This document shows, in pieces, positions 10,187-19,556 of a DNA stretch of 64,000 nt. Made by a program: the position numbers and the translations under genes. Numbering within the stretch: the stretch's first letter is position 1; each line of letters opens with the position of its first letter. The notes under the pieces are model-generated. The model ran no database searches, was not told the DNA's origin, and saw only the letters and a program-made list of their open reading frames with translations. The stretch spans positions 966,237 to 1,030,236 of the forward strand of contig OZ242359.1 of assembly GCA_965208855.1 (NCBI GenBank), read 5' to 3'. Source of the DNA: Candidatus Azotimanducaceae bacterium. Its GTDB lineage: Bacteria; Pseudomonadota; Gammaproteobacteria; Pseudomonadales; Azotimanducaceae.

Positions 10187-11386
10187 TTACCCGGCGGTCA
10201 GCACCAGTGTCCCCGTGGTCGAAAGCATGCCGCCCGTACCGTTCACCACGCAGGTGCGGGCATTGGTCTGCTTGCCCGCTATGCCGTTGACACCATCTTC
10301 CGCGGTGCCGCTCAACTGGCGGTAAGCTTCCACCAGAAGCTGCATCCCATACATGCCCGAGTGATTGAAAGACAGGCCGCCGCCGTTTGTATTGATGGGC
10401 AATTTGCCGCCGGGGGCCGCCGCTCCATCCTTCCACAACTTGTAGCCTTCCCCTCGCGGCGCCAGCCCCAGCATCTCCGTGGTCATGGCGGCGGTTACCG
10501 TGAAGGAATCGTAGATCAGCGCCAGTTCCATATCCTTCGCCGTCAACCCCGCCATTTCATAAGCAGTCCTGGAGGAGCGAAAAGCCGAAGTGGCGGTGAA
10601 ATCTTCCATCTCCAGCATGTTGGCATGGCCCATGCTCTCACCTGCGCCGGCAATCCACACCGGATTGGTCGACAGGCTTTTTGCTATTTCCGGCCTTGCC
10701 ACAATCACCGCCCCGCCATGGTCGGTCACCAGGCAGCAATGCAACATGGTCAGCGGCCAGGTAATCAAGGGTGCCCGGTTTACTTGTTCGGTGGTTATCG
10801 GGCCGCCAAACTCATGAGACTTCCTGTCGAACATGGCCGCCCGCGGGTTTTTTGTCGCCCATTCCCTGGTGACGACGGCGACATGAGCAAAATCTTCCGG
10901 CGTCGTGCCGAAATCGTGGTTATATCTGACCATGGCATGAGCATAGTGCGAGGGAGCGCCAGCAAAGCCGTAAGGAATGGACATCTGCGCACCGGGTGCG
11001 TCACGCCTCATGGGGTAGGCGGGCCCGCCTTCCGGGCCTACGCGCCTTGAGGACCAACCATTCTCTCCGTGGCTTACCAGGGCGATATCTATGACCCCGG
11101 CGTGAATGGCGCACAGTGCATGGTGAACATGAATTTCAAACGAACAGCCGCCAACGGAAGTGGTATCTATGTACCGGGGATGCAGGCCAAGATGTTCTGC
11201 CAACTCCGAAGACCAGCCGGTTGAAAACACGCCCTGGATATCGGCAATGGGTATGCCCGTCTGGTCGCTGACATTCTTGATCGCCTCTATGTGAAGCTGC
11301 AAGGAGGTGACAGGCTCCTCCAGGTATCCGATATTATTACTCTCGGCGGCGCCAACTATGGCGGCGGCTTTTGACAGGGCGCTCAC
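10187..11386 (-). CDS. thiolase-fold protein (SCP-x / lipid-transfer-type thiolase)
   Basis: 399-aa ORF. It overlaps the stop of the upstream DUF35 gene by 4 nt. The glycine-rich C-terminus NTNGGGLSFNHSGMYG is typical of this thiolase subgroup. Confidence 0.8.
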   Translation of the reverse strand: MSALSKAAAIVGAAESNNIGYLEEPVTSLQLHIEAIKNVSDQTGIPIADIQGVFSTGWSSELAEHLGLHPRYIDTTSVGGCSFEIHVHHALCAIHAGVIDIALVSHGENGWSSRRVGPEGGPAYPMRRDAPGAQMSIPYGFAGAPSHYAHAMVRYNHDFGTTPEDFAHVAVVTREWATKNPRAAMFDRKSHEFGGPITTEQVNRAPLITWPLTMLHCCLVTDHGGAVIVARPEIAKSLSTNPVWIAGAGESMGHANMLEMEDFTATSAFRSSRTAYEMAGLTAKDMELALIYDSFTVTAAMTTEMLGLAPRGEGYKLWKDGAAAPGGKLPINTNGGGLSFNHSGMYGMQLLVEAYRQLSGTAEDGVNGIAGKQTNARTCVVNGTGGMLSTTGTLVLTAG

Positions 11387-11802
11387 GATGCTTGCTCCAT
11401 CCGCCAGAAGGGAATGAAAATGCCATCGTCCGCTTCTTCGAACTCCACTTTGACCTCCGCGCCTATGGCTATGGATTCCGGTTTACGCGGATCAACCCCG
11501 CGTAACACGGTGGCCATCCGGTCACCTTCCGCCAGATCTATGTAGGCGGTGACGAAGGGCACCTCTTCCGCCCAGCCGCCGAAGGCGCGATACTGAACAG
11601 CAAAGGTGTGAATCCTGCCCTTGCCGCTACCTTCTACCCAGGTGAGGTCCATGGCGTGGCAGTGAGGGCAGATATATCTGGGGTACCAATGCACCCGGTT
11701 ACAAGCGTTGCAGGATGGCAGCATCAGCTTGCCTTCCCTGGTTCCCTCCCAGAAGACTCTGGTCAGCGGGCTCGGTTGCGGTAGCGGTTTTTTCCCGGGC
11801 AT
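11383..11802 (-). CDS. Zn-ribbon/OB-fold protein (DUF35 family)
   Basis: 139-aa ORF with the four-Cys ribbon CNACNRVHWYPRYICPHC followed by an OB-like C-terminus. It is translationally coupled to the thiolase gene. Confidence 0.8.
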   Translation of the reverse strand: MPGKKPLPQPSPLTRVFWEGTREGKLMLPSCNACNRVHWYPRYICPHCHAMDLTWVEGSGKGRIHTFAVQYRAFGGWAEEVPFVTAYIDLAEGDRMATVLRGVDPRKPESIAIGAEVKVEFEEADDGIFIPFWRMEQAS

Positions 11803-11813
11803 TGAACTTCCGG

Positions 11814-12665
11814 TTATCTACCGGTGAACTCCGGCTTTCTTTTTTCCAGAAAAGCCTGCACGCCTTCCTGAAAATCATCGCTCTTGAACATGCCGCCCAG
11901 ATGCACCATCAGGTGGTCCACGGAGGTATCATAAGATTCTTCAAGGCCCATGCGCATCATGCGCTTGGTCGTCTGCACCGCCATGGGCGCGTTATCGGCA
12001 ATCTCCCCGGCCCATTGCATCGCCGTGTCCATCAACTCGTCATCGGGAACCACAGTATTGACCAAGCCGAGCTCCATACATTCCTCAGCACCGACGACTC
12101 GTGCGCGGTAGTAAAGTTCCGCCGCCTTTGCCCAGCCGATCAGCCTTGGCAGCAGCCAGGTGCCACCGCTTTCCGGCACAACGTTTCGCTTCGCCGTCAC
12201 CGCGGCCATCTTTGCTGATGCAGCGGCAACCCGGATATCACACAGCAACGCCAGGTCCATCCCATAGCCAGCGGCGGCGCCATTCAAAGCACAAACAATC
12301 GGCGTGTCTATATTCCACATGACATTGACGGGTGCATCCCGCAGGTCGAACAATTGCTTCGGCGGGCGGTTACTGCCCTTGGCCTTGCCTTCCCCGGAGC
12401 CAATGCCGCCTTCGCCAACGCCCACCAGGTCCAGGCCGGCACAAAATCCCTTGCCCGCGCCAGTCAACAGAATACATCGGATCTCCGGGTCCTTGTTTGC
12501 CTCCACCATTTTTGCCGACAGTTCATTGAGCATGTCGGGGCTGATGGCATTAAGGCGGTCCGGCCGGTTCAGAGTCATCACCGCAATTCTGCCCCGCGTC
12601 TCGACGAGTAATTCCTCTGTATTGGATTCACTTAGCGCCACGATTCTCCCCCTTGAATGCATCAT
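11814..12665 (-). CDS. enoyl-CoA hydratase/isomerase family protein
   Basis: 283-aa ORF with GAGKGFCAGLD and ALNGAAAGYG crotonase signatures. Confidence 0.85.
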   Translation of the reverse strand: MMHSRGRIVALSESNTEELLVETRGRIAVMTLNRPDRLNAISPDMLNELSAKMVEANKDPEIRCILLTGAGKGFCAGLDLVGVGEGGIGSGEGKAKGSNRPPKQLFDLRDAPVNVMWNIDTPIVCALNGAAAGYGMDLALLCDIRVAAASAKMAAVTAKRNVVPESGGTWLLPRLIGWAKAAELYYRARVVGAEECMELGLVNTVVPDDELMDTAMQWAGEIADNAPMAVQTTKRMMRMGLEESYDTSVDHLMVHLGGMFKSDDFQEGVQAFLEKRKPEFTGR

Positions 12666-12720
12666 TGAATGGACAACTGTATAACATGGATCAGCAGATG
12701 ATTGCGACCATCGCCCACCC

Positions 12721-12977
12721 CGTCATTCTCGCCGAGGCCGAAGGCCGAAGGCGGGAATCCAGAGTTGCGGTTCCGCGAAGCGGGAGCGCAATGGGTGCTG
12801 AAGCTACCACTGCGTCACCCCTATGGCGGCTACGCCGCCACTCTGGATTCCCGGGCTACGCCTGGAAACACTGTCGGCGATGGGAACAACCCCATCGCCT
12901 GGAAACACTGTCGGCGATGGGAACAACCCCCCATCGCCTGGAAACACTGTCGGCGATGGGAACAACCCCATCGCCTG
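12721..12977. repeat. REP-like mosaic cluster (module C, module B, then 3 tandem copies of module A)
   Basis: Module A is the hairpin GGCGATGGG-loop-CCCATCGCC with a GGAAACACTGTC flank. Module B is GGCGGCTACGCCGCC followed by ACTCTGGATTCCCGGGCTACGCC. Module C is CGTCATTCTCGCCGAGGCCGAAGGC..GGCGGGAATCCAGAGTTGCG...GCGCAATGGG. All were read directly. Confidence 0.9.
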
Positions 12978-13035
12978 GCCCGGCGGGATTTTGGTAGACT
13001 GCCGAGCAGGCCGATAAAAAAGGTGACACAAGAGC

Positions 13036-14211
13036 ATGAAAATTATAGGTAGCATAGCGCAGAGCCAAAATGAAATGACCGACTGGCGGCGTGATATACA
13101 CGCACATCCGGAAATCGCCTTCGAAGAACACAGGACGGCGGGAATCGTAGCGGAAAAGCTCGCAGCTTTCGGCATGGAAGTGGCAACCGGCATTGCCGGT
13201 ACGGGCGTTGTCGGCACCCTGACCCGGGGCCGTGGCAACCGCGCCATAGGCCTGCGGGCAGACCTGGACGCCCTGCCCATAGAGGAAGCGAATGATTTTT
13301 CTCACCGCTCCCAATACCCGGGCAAGATGCATGCCTGCGGTCACGACGGGCACACCGTCATGTTGCTGGGCGCCGCAAAATATCTTGCGGAACAGGGAGA
13401 GTTTGAAGGAACCGTCTATTTCATCTTCCAACCGGCGGAAGAAAACGAGGGCGGCGGCAAGGCCATGGTTGAGGCAGGGTTGTTTGAGCGATTCCCGATG
13501 GAAGCCGTGTACGGCATGCACAATATACCCGGCATACCGGTTGGCGCCTTTGCCGTCAAACCCGGGCCGATGATGGCGGCCTTTGATATTTTTGAATTGA
13601 CGGTTACCGGCAAGGGTGGGCATGCCGCCATGCCGCACCTGACGATTGACCCTATTCTTGTCGGCAGCAAAATTATTGACGCCTACCAGGCGATAGTCAG
13701 CCGGGTCATCAACCCCCAGGAGCCGGTGGTATTATCCGTCACCCGGTTTCACGGCGGCGATGCTTATAACGTGATTCCCAATGAAGTGGACATCAGCGGA
13801 TGTACCCGCTGCTTCTCCCCCGGTGTGCAGGAAACACTGGAATCACAAATGAAACAGATTGCGGAAGAAATTTGCGCTGCATACGGCGCAACTTGCGAGT
13901 ACAAGTATGAACGGCGATACCCGCCGACTATCAACTCGGAGCAGGAAGCTCACATGGCAGGAGAAGTCGCGCTGGATATAGTGGGGGCAGACAAGGTTAA
14001 CCTGCAACCGAGGCCCTCCATGGGCTCGGAAGACTTTGCCTATATGTTGCAGGAAAAACCGGGCGCTTATGTCTGGATAGGGAACGGCGATGGCGAGGGT
14101 TCCTGCATGGTTCACAATCCGGGCTATGACTTCAACGACAATATACTGACCCTGGGCGCCACCTGGTGGGCCCGCCTCGCGGAAAAGGAACTGCCGCCCA
14201 TCAGGAAATAG
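13036..14211 (+). CDS. M20-family amidohydrolase (hippurate hydrolase / N-acyl-amino-acid amidohydrolase-like)
   Basis: 391-aa ORF with MHACGHDGH and FQPAEE metal-ligand motifs. Confidence 0.85.
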   Translation: MKIIGSIAQSQNEMTDWRRDIHAHPEIAFEEHRTAGIVAEKLAAFGMEVATGIAGTGVVGTLTRGRGNRAIGLRADLDALPIEEANDFSHRSQYPGKMHACGHDGHTVMLLGAAKYLAEQGEFEGTVYFIFQPAEENEGGGKAMVEAGLFERFPMEAVYGMHNIPGIPVGAFAVKPGPMMAAFDIFELTVTGKGGHAAMPHLTIDPILVGSKIIDAYQAIVSRVINPQEPVVLSVTRFHGGDAYNVIPNEVDISGCTRCFSPGVQETLESQMKQIAEEICAAYGATCEYKYERRYPPTINSEQEAHMAGEVALDIVGADKVNLQPRPSMGSEDFAYMLQEKPGAYVWIGNGDGEGSCMVHNPGYDFNDNILTLGATWWARLAEKELPPIRK

Positions 14212-14212
14212 C

Positions 14213-14284
14213 TAGTTGACTGTCTAATTAACTGTCTAGTTGACTGCCTAGCTGGCTGTCTAGTTGGCTATCTAATTAACGGTC
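14213..14284. repeat. degenerate 12-bp tandem repeat, 6 units (TAGTTGACTGTC-like)
   Basis: Read directly. The units are TAGTTGACTGTC, TAATTAACTGTC, TAGTTGACTGCC, TAGCTGGCTGTC, TAGTTGGCTATC and TAATTAACGGTC. They fill the convergent gap between the amidohydrolase and korB. Confidence 0.85.
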
Positions 14285-15291
14285 CAGGTATGACCGCTGC
14301 GCAGCAGGCTATCCATGTCCGCCGTCTTTGTTTCCCGCACCAGCACACGTTGCTGGTAAACATCGTCCGTATAACTCGGTGCAGCGGGTTCGCAATAAAT
14401 AATGCCTATGGGCTCGGGAAAATCCGGCGACTTAAGGCCGGCAAGCATTTGCGCCAACACCTTGTTGGTTTCATCGTGAACAACCAGGTCATCTTCCGTC
14501 ATGCCATCTTCCCCGATGGTGACCACCTCAAGCTGCAAGGCCTTGGCGTTCAGGCGGATGCCTTTGTTATTGCCCTCGCCGAATATCAGCGGTTTGCCAT
14601 GCTCCAGCACCAGCCGGGTTTCTGCGGCGGTTTTCTTGTTCTTGATGTAGTCAAAAATACCGTCATTGTAGACCGGGCAGTTTTGATATATCTCGACAAA
14701 GGCGGCGCCCTTGTAACCGTGGGCGCGGGTCAATATCGGCGTCATGTGCTTGGCTTCCGTATCGATGACCCGGGCAACAAACCTGGCACCGGCACCCAGG
14801 GCAAAAGAGCAAGGGCGAAGCGGCATATCGACGGAGCCGTCCGGTGTTGACGGAGATGTGGTGCCCACTTTGGACGTGGGCGAATACTGCCCCTTGGTCA
14901 AGCCGTATATCTCGTTGTTAAACAACAGTATCTGCAAATCAACATTGCGGCGCAGTACATGCATCATGTGGTTGCCGCCAATGGAAAGGCCATCACCATC
15001 GCCGGTTATCACCCAGACATCCAATTCCGGATTGGCCAGTTTCACGCCCGTGGCAATCGAGGGCGCGCGGCCATGAATGGTATGAAACCCGTAAGTGTTC
15101 ATGTAGTAAGGGAAACGCGCTGCGCAGCCAATGCCGGAAACAAAGACCTGATTTTCCTTGGACACGTCCAATTCCGGCATCAGCTTCTGAATTGTTTTGA
15201 GGATGGCGTAGTCGCCGCATCCCGGACACCAACGCACTTCCTGATCGGAGGCGTAGTCTTTGATTGTTAATTTTTCAACGGGCGCATTCAT
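14272..15291 (-). CDS. korB: 2-oxoacid:ferredoxin (acceptor) oxidoreductase, beta subunit
   Basis: 339-aa ORF with CPGCGDYAIL, the TPP-binding GDGDGLSIGGNH, and a start directly abutting the alpha-subunit stop. Confidence 0.85.
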   Translation of the reverse strand: MNAPVEKLTIKDYASDQEVRWCPGCGDYAILKTIQKLMPELDVSKENQVFVSGIGCAARFPYYMNTYGFHTIHGRAPSIATGVKLANPELDVWVITGDGDGLSIGGNHMMHVLRRNVDLQILLFNNEIYGLTKGQYSPTSKVGTTSPSTPDGSVDMPLRPCSFALGAGARFVARVIDTEAKHMTPILTRAHGYKGAAFVEIYQNCPVYNDGIFDYIKNKKTAAETRLVLEHGKPLIFGEGNNKGIRLNAKALQLEVVTIGEDGMTEDDLVVHDETNKVLAQMLAGLKSPDFPEPIGIIYCEPAAPSYTDDVYQQRVLVRETKTADMDSLLRSGHTWTVN

Positions 15292-17157
15292 CTATGACTC
15301 CATCAGCGACTTGATCGCTGCTTCAACTTCACGAATTTTGAACGGCTGCCCGGATACCTTGTTGAGTTGTTGTGCGTCTATCAGGTATCTGGCGCGCAGC
15401 AAATCGACGAACTGGCCGGTGTTCATTTCCGGCACCAGCACATTCTCATAGGCAGAGAGCAGTTCACCCAGGTTTTTCGGCAGAGGGTTCAGATAACGCA
15501 CATGGATGTGCGACACGTCCAGCCCTTCCTGACGACATCGCCTGACCGCCTGATAAATGGCGCCATAGGTCGAACCCCAGCCAACCACCGCCAGTTTCCC
15601 CTTAGGGTCTCCTACTGACACTGCCTGATGCGGTATGAAGTTCTCAATGTTGTCTATTTTATTTTTACGCACATCGGTCATCTTCTGGTGGTTGTCCGCA
15701 TCGTAGGAAATATCGCCGGTTTCATAGCTCTTCTCGATGCCGCCGATACGATGCTCAAGACCGGGCGTGCCCGGCTTCGCCCAGACCCGCGCCAGGGTTT
15801 CCGGGTCTCTGTTGACCGGGGTAAACCCTTCCGGATTGTCGGCGAACGCAACAGGGAAGGCTTCGTAATCAGCCATGTTCGGCACCAGCCAAGGCTCGGA
15901 TGCGTTGGCCATGTATCCATCGGAAAGCAGGATAACCGGCGTCATGAAGCTGGTCGCCAACCGAATAGCTTCTATGGCAACGTCAAAACAATCCACCGAA
16001 CTACTGGCGGCGATGACCGGCAACTGGGTGTCCGCATGGCGGCCAAACAGCGCCTGATTCAGGTCTGACTGCTCCGTCTTGGTTGGCAGGCCGGTGGATG
16101 GGCCGCCGCGCTGGGTGTTGACGACCACCAGCGGCAATTCAGTCGCACAAGCAAGGGAAATGCCCTCCCCCTTCAGCGATATGCCCGGCCCGGAACTCGA
16201 TGTTACGCCAAGCGAGCCCGCAAAGGAGGCGCCTATGGCGGCACATACGGCGGCAATCTCGTCTTCGGCCTGAAAGGTCACCACGTCAAACTGCTTCTGG
16301 CCGGCCAAGGTGTGCAGCAAGCTGGAGGCCGGGGTAATCGGGTAGGAGGCAAAAGTAATGGACAGCCCCGCCAGTTGACCACCGGCAATCAGCCCATAAG
16401 CCAGCGCTTCCGTACCGGTGGTATTACGATACAGGCCGGGCGCCGATTTCGCTCTCGGCACCTTGTAAACCGCCACGCCCGTGGGCATCTCGGCGGTTTC
16501 ACCATAGGCATGGCCGGCATTCAGCGCCGCTATGTTGGCCTCCGCAATCTCGGGAATCTTCGCAAATTTCTTCTTCAGATTTGCAATGGTTGCGATGCGG
16601 TCCCTGTCGAACAGCCACATGACAAGACCCAGAGTCCACATGTTCTTGCAGCGCACCGCGAACTTGTGAGAGAGCCCGAAAGGTTTTACGGATTCAAGCA
16701 CCTGCTTCGTAATTTCGATGGACACAACGCGATAGGCATCGAGAGAACCATCTTCGATGGGGTTGGACTTGTAGCCCGCTCGGGTCATGTTCCTGTCCGT
16801 GAAGGCGTCTTTGTCTACGATCACCAGCCCGCCTGGCAGCAAATCCTTGAGATTGGTAATCAACGCCGCCGGATTCATGACGACCAGCACATCCACATCA
16901 TCGCCGGCTGTGCTGACATCCTCGGAACCAAAGTAAATCTGGAAGGCGGACACGCCGAAAGTGGCCCCTGCAGGCGCGCGTATCTCCGCCGGAAAATCCG
17001 GGAAAGTGGACAGATCATTCCCGTAGAGCGCAGTCGCCTCTGCAAAGTTACTGCCGGTCAACTGCATGCCGTCGCCTGAGTCTCCGGCAAAACGAACAAC
17101 GACCTCGCTAACCTGAGTAGCGCTGCCCTGACTGGTGATTTCTTCGACTACAGACAT
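15292..17157 (-). CDS. korA: 2-oxoacid:ferredoxin (acceptor) oxidoreductase, alpha subunit
   Basis: 621-aa ORF with the fused gamma/alpha-type architecture (N-terminal FAGDSGDGMQLTG, central SYPITPAS). Confidence 0.85.
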   Translation of the reverse strand: MSVVEEITSQGSATQVSEVVVRFAGDSGDGMQLTGSNFAEATALYGNDLSTFPDFPAEIRAPAGATFGVSAFQIYFGSEDVSTAGDDVDVLVVMNPAALITNLKDLLPGGLVIVDKDAFTDRNMTRAGYKSNPIEDGSLDAYRVVSIEITKQVLESVKPFGLSHKFAVRCKNMWTLGLVMWLFDRDRIATIANLKKKFAKIPEIAEANIAALNAGHAYGETAEMPTGVAVYKVPRAKSAPGLYRNTTGTEALAYGLIAGGQLAGLSITFASYPITPASSLLHTLAGQKQFDVVTFQAEDEIAAVCAAIGASFAGSLGVTSSSGPGISLKGEGISLACATELPLVVVNTQRGGPSTGLPTKTEQSDLNQALFGRHADTQLPVIAASSSVDCFDVAIEAIRLATSFMTPVILLSDGYMANASEPWLVPNMADYEAFPVAFADNPEGFTPVNRDPETLARVWAKPGTPGLEHRIGGIEKSYETGDISYDADNHQKMTDVRKNKIDNIENFIPHQAVSVGDPKGKLAVVGWGSTYGAIYQAVRRCRQEGLDVSHIHVRYLNPLPKNLGELLSAYENVLVPEMNTGQFVDLLRARYLIDAQQLNKVSGQPFKIREVEAAIKSLMES

Positions 17158-17172
17158 TAAACCTATGAACCC

Positions 17173-17208
17173 TCAATCAAACCTTCGATCAAACTCTCGA
17201 TCAATAAA
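17173..17208. repeat. three degenerate 12-bp tandem units (TCGATCAAACTC-like) just upstream of korA
   Basis: Read directly. The units are TCAATCAAACCT, TCGATCAAACTC and TCGATCAATAAA. Confidence 0.6.
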
Positions 17209-17352
17209 ACACGCACATGGCGTATAGCGAATCACGCTTGCGCCAGATAGCCCGAACCTTCTGACGGGCAACAAGTGTACAAAAAAACAAGCCCTTGGAC
17301 TAGCTAACCGCTGATGATACAGCCTCCTTCTACCACTCTATCACCCTATCAC

Positions 17353-18900
17353 TCACAGTTTCGCCTCTATCAGCGAAGGCCCCTCCGCGGCAAAACTCTG
17401 TTGCAAAGCCGCCGTAAATTCCTCCGCGCTGGCAACGGCTTGGCCCGGGACCCCCATACCAGCCGCCAGTTTAACATAGTCAATGGCCGGTCGAGACAGG
17501 TCAAACAGGTCCGCCGCCCTTTCGCCCACCTCATTGACGCCCAGCCTCAGATACTCGGTCTCCAGTATCCCGTACTTACTATTATTGAATATCACCGTGG
17601 TCACGTTCAGCCCTTCACGCGCCTGAGTCCAAAAGGCCTGATTGGTGTACATGAAGGCGCCATCGCCGAGCAGCGCGAGTACCGGCCTTTCCGGGCAGGC
17701 CACGGCGGCACCAACGGCAACCGGCCCGCCCTGACCAATGGCACCGCCTGTCAGATTGAGCCAGGTATTTGGCCTGCTGGACTGAACCGGCGCGAAAGCT
17801 GCGCCACCACCACCGGAATCACCACAAATAATGGCATTTTCCGGCAGAAGCGCGGCAATGGAAGTGGCGATGGAAGCAGTGGAAAGCTTACCGGCGGGTA
17901 ACTCCGCCTGCCGGTAATCACGCACAGCATAATCGCCGGATGCAACGCCCATCAAATCCGCCACGGCTTCAAGCGCCGCTATTGTATCCTCCCCTGGCCC
18001 GGAAAGCCTGATAACCTCGCAATCGTCCGGCGTCAGAGAACTCGGCGTGTCGGGATACGCAAAGAAACTGACCGGCGCATTCGCACCGGCGAGTATTATC
18101 TTCTGCACGCCTTTCAACATCCCCATCACCTGCTCCGGGAAATACAACATACGCTCCGTGGCGGGCGTACCCGCACCCCCATCGACACGGGCGGGGAAGG
18201 TGGCCAGGCAAACCCGGCAGCCCGTTTTTGCAGCAACACGACCTGCCGCCCTTCTCGCCTCAAGAGACAGGCCATCCCTGTCGAGCAGAAGCAGCGAGCC
18301 ACCATCGAGTGCATCAGCAACCGCCGTAATAACCTTGTCTTCAACCTGGGTCGGCCCGGCTACGGCCAATGGCCCTGCGACATCAGTGGCCGCCTGCCAA
18401 CAGGCATCCGCCGGAACAATCAGGGTCGCCACCTGCCCCCCGGAGCCCACTGCCGGCGTCATGGCCGCCTGTAATGCCAGCATCCCGTCACCCGCAAGGC
18501 TGCCCGCCGTGGAATCACTTTTTATCCAACAGGAAACATTTTTTGCGAGCGTCTCAATATCGGACGTCAGGAGCGCATCATAGGCGATATGGTAAAGCGG
18601 ATGATTGCCGACGAGATTGATGACGGGCGTGGAGGCGCGCCTGGCGTTATGCAGATTTGCAATGCCATTGCCGAGGCCGGGGCCAAGATGCAGGAGCGTT
18701 GTCGCCGGCGACCCTTTCATCCGGCCATAACCATCAGCGGCACCGGTACAGACACCTTCAAACAAAGAGAGTACGCCGCGCATTTCCGGGACGGCATCAA
18801 TGGCCTGCACGAGATGCATCTCCGATGTCCCCGGGTTGGCAAAACATACGTCAACACCCGCCGCCGTCAGCGACCGGAGCAGACTCTCGGCTCCATTCAT
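17353..18900 (-). CDS. thiamine-pyrophosphate enzyme of the acetolactate-synthase large-subunit family
   Basis: 515-aa ORF with N-terminal GVDVCFANPGTSEMH and the C-terminal TPP motif GDGAFMYTNQAFWT...NN. Confidence 0.8.
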   Translation of the reverse strand: MNGAESLLRSLTAAGVDVCFANPGTSEMHLVQAIDAVPEMRGVLSLFEGVCTGAADGYGRMKGSPATTLLHLGPGLGNGIANLHNARRASTPVINLVGNHPLYHIAYDALLTSDIETLAKNVSCWIKSDSTAGSLAGDGMLALQAAMTPAVGSGGQVATLIVPADACWQAATDVAGPLAVAGPTQVEDKVITAVADALDGGSLLLLDRDGLSLEARRAAGRVAAKTGCRVCLATFPARVDGGAGTPATERMLYFPEQVMGMLKGVQKIILAGANAPVSFFAYPDTPSSLTPDDCEVIRLSGPGEDTIAALEAVADLMGVASGDYAVRDYRQAELPAGKLSTASIATSIAALLPENAIICGDSGGGGAAFAPVQSSRPNTWLNLTGGAIGQGGPVAVGAAVACPERPVLALLGDGAFMYTNQAFWTQAREGLNVTTVIFNNSKYGILETEYLRLGVNEVGERAADLFDLSRPAIDYVKLAAGMGVPGQAVASAEEFTAALQQSFAAEGPSLIEAKL

Positions 18901-18984
18901 GGCTAGTGCCCCTTTGCATTGAAAGAAAACGCCATCATAACGGTAAGAGAATGGTTTATCATGCGGCGATGCATCCCCCGCGGT

Positions 18985-19435
18985 CCTTCCCGCCGAAGGC
19001 GGGGATCCAGTTCTTTTGTCGTCATTCTCGGGCGTAGCCCGGGAATCCAGAGTGGCGGCGTAGCCGCCATGCCGTTTACTGTCATCCCAGGCGATGGGGG
19101 GTTGTTCCCATCGCCGACAGTGTTTTCAGGCGTAGCCCGGGGATCCAGAGTGTTTTCTCCCGTCATTCTCGCCGAATCCAGCCGTACCGCCTTCGGCGGG
19201 ACGCCTGGGTTCGGGGGGAATCCAGGCACGGCGAAGCCGCGTATTAATAAGTCCGGCGTAGCTGGACACTTTGTTTATGGCGGCTCCGCCGCCATGCCGT
19301 TTACTGTCATCCCAGGCGATGGGGTTGCTCCCATCGCCGACAGTGTTTCCCGCCGAGGCCGAAGACCCACCCACTCCGTCATTCTCGGGCGTAGCCCGGG
19401 AATCCAGAGTGGCGGCGTAGCCGCCATGCCGTTTG
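18985..19435. repeat. REP-like mosaic cluster (modules A, B, C in mixed orientation)
   Basis: Two module-A hairpins lie near 19087-19125 and 19310-19350. There are several GGCGGCGTAGCCGCC and GGGAATCCAGAG units. Confidence 0.9.
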
Positions 19436-19454
19436 CTGAGGCTGTGGCAGTGGC

Positions 19455-19482
19455 TTGACAAGCATGTAAAGTATGGGAGAAT
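19455..19482 (+). promoter_or_regulatory. candidate sigma70 promoter (TTGACA, 16-nt spacer, TGgGAGAAT extended -10)
   Basis: TTGACA lies at 19455-19460. A TGG at 19474-19476 immediately precedes GAGAAT at 19477-19482. Confidence 0.4.
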
Positions 19483-19488
19483 ACGCCT

Positions 19489-19556
19489 ACCGCCCCGCTG
19501 GCATCCTTCACAGGACCCACGGACCGACAGCCGCCACTAACGCGGCTGTTTTTTTA
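19489..19556 (+). ncRNA. candidate small RNA of about 65 nt (unknown family)
   Basis: It is bounded by the promoter above and a strong intrinsic terminator. There is no plus-strand ORF between or upstream. It lies exactly at the GC-rich to AT-rich transition. Confidence 0.35.
19527..19555 (+). terminator. rho-independent terminator
   Basis: An 8-bp perfect stem pairs ACAGCCGC (19527-19534) with GCGGCTGT (19542-19549). The loop is 7 nt and the stem is followed by a run of T residues to 19555. Confidence 0.7.
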
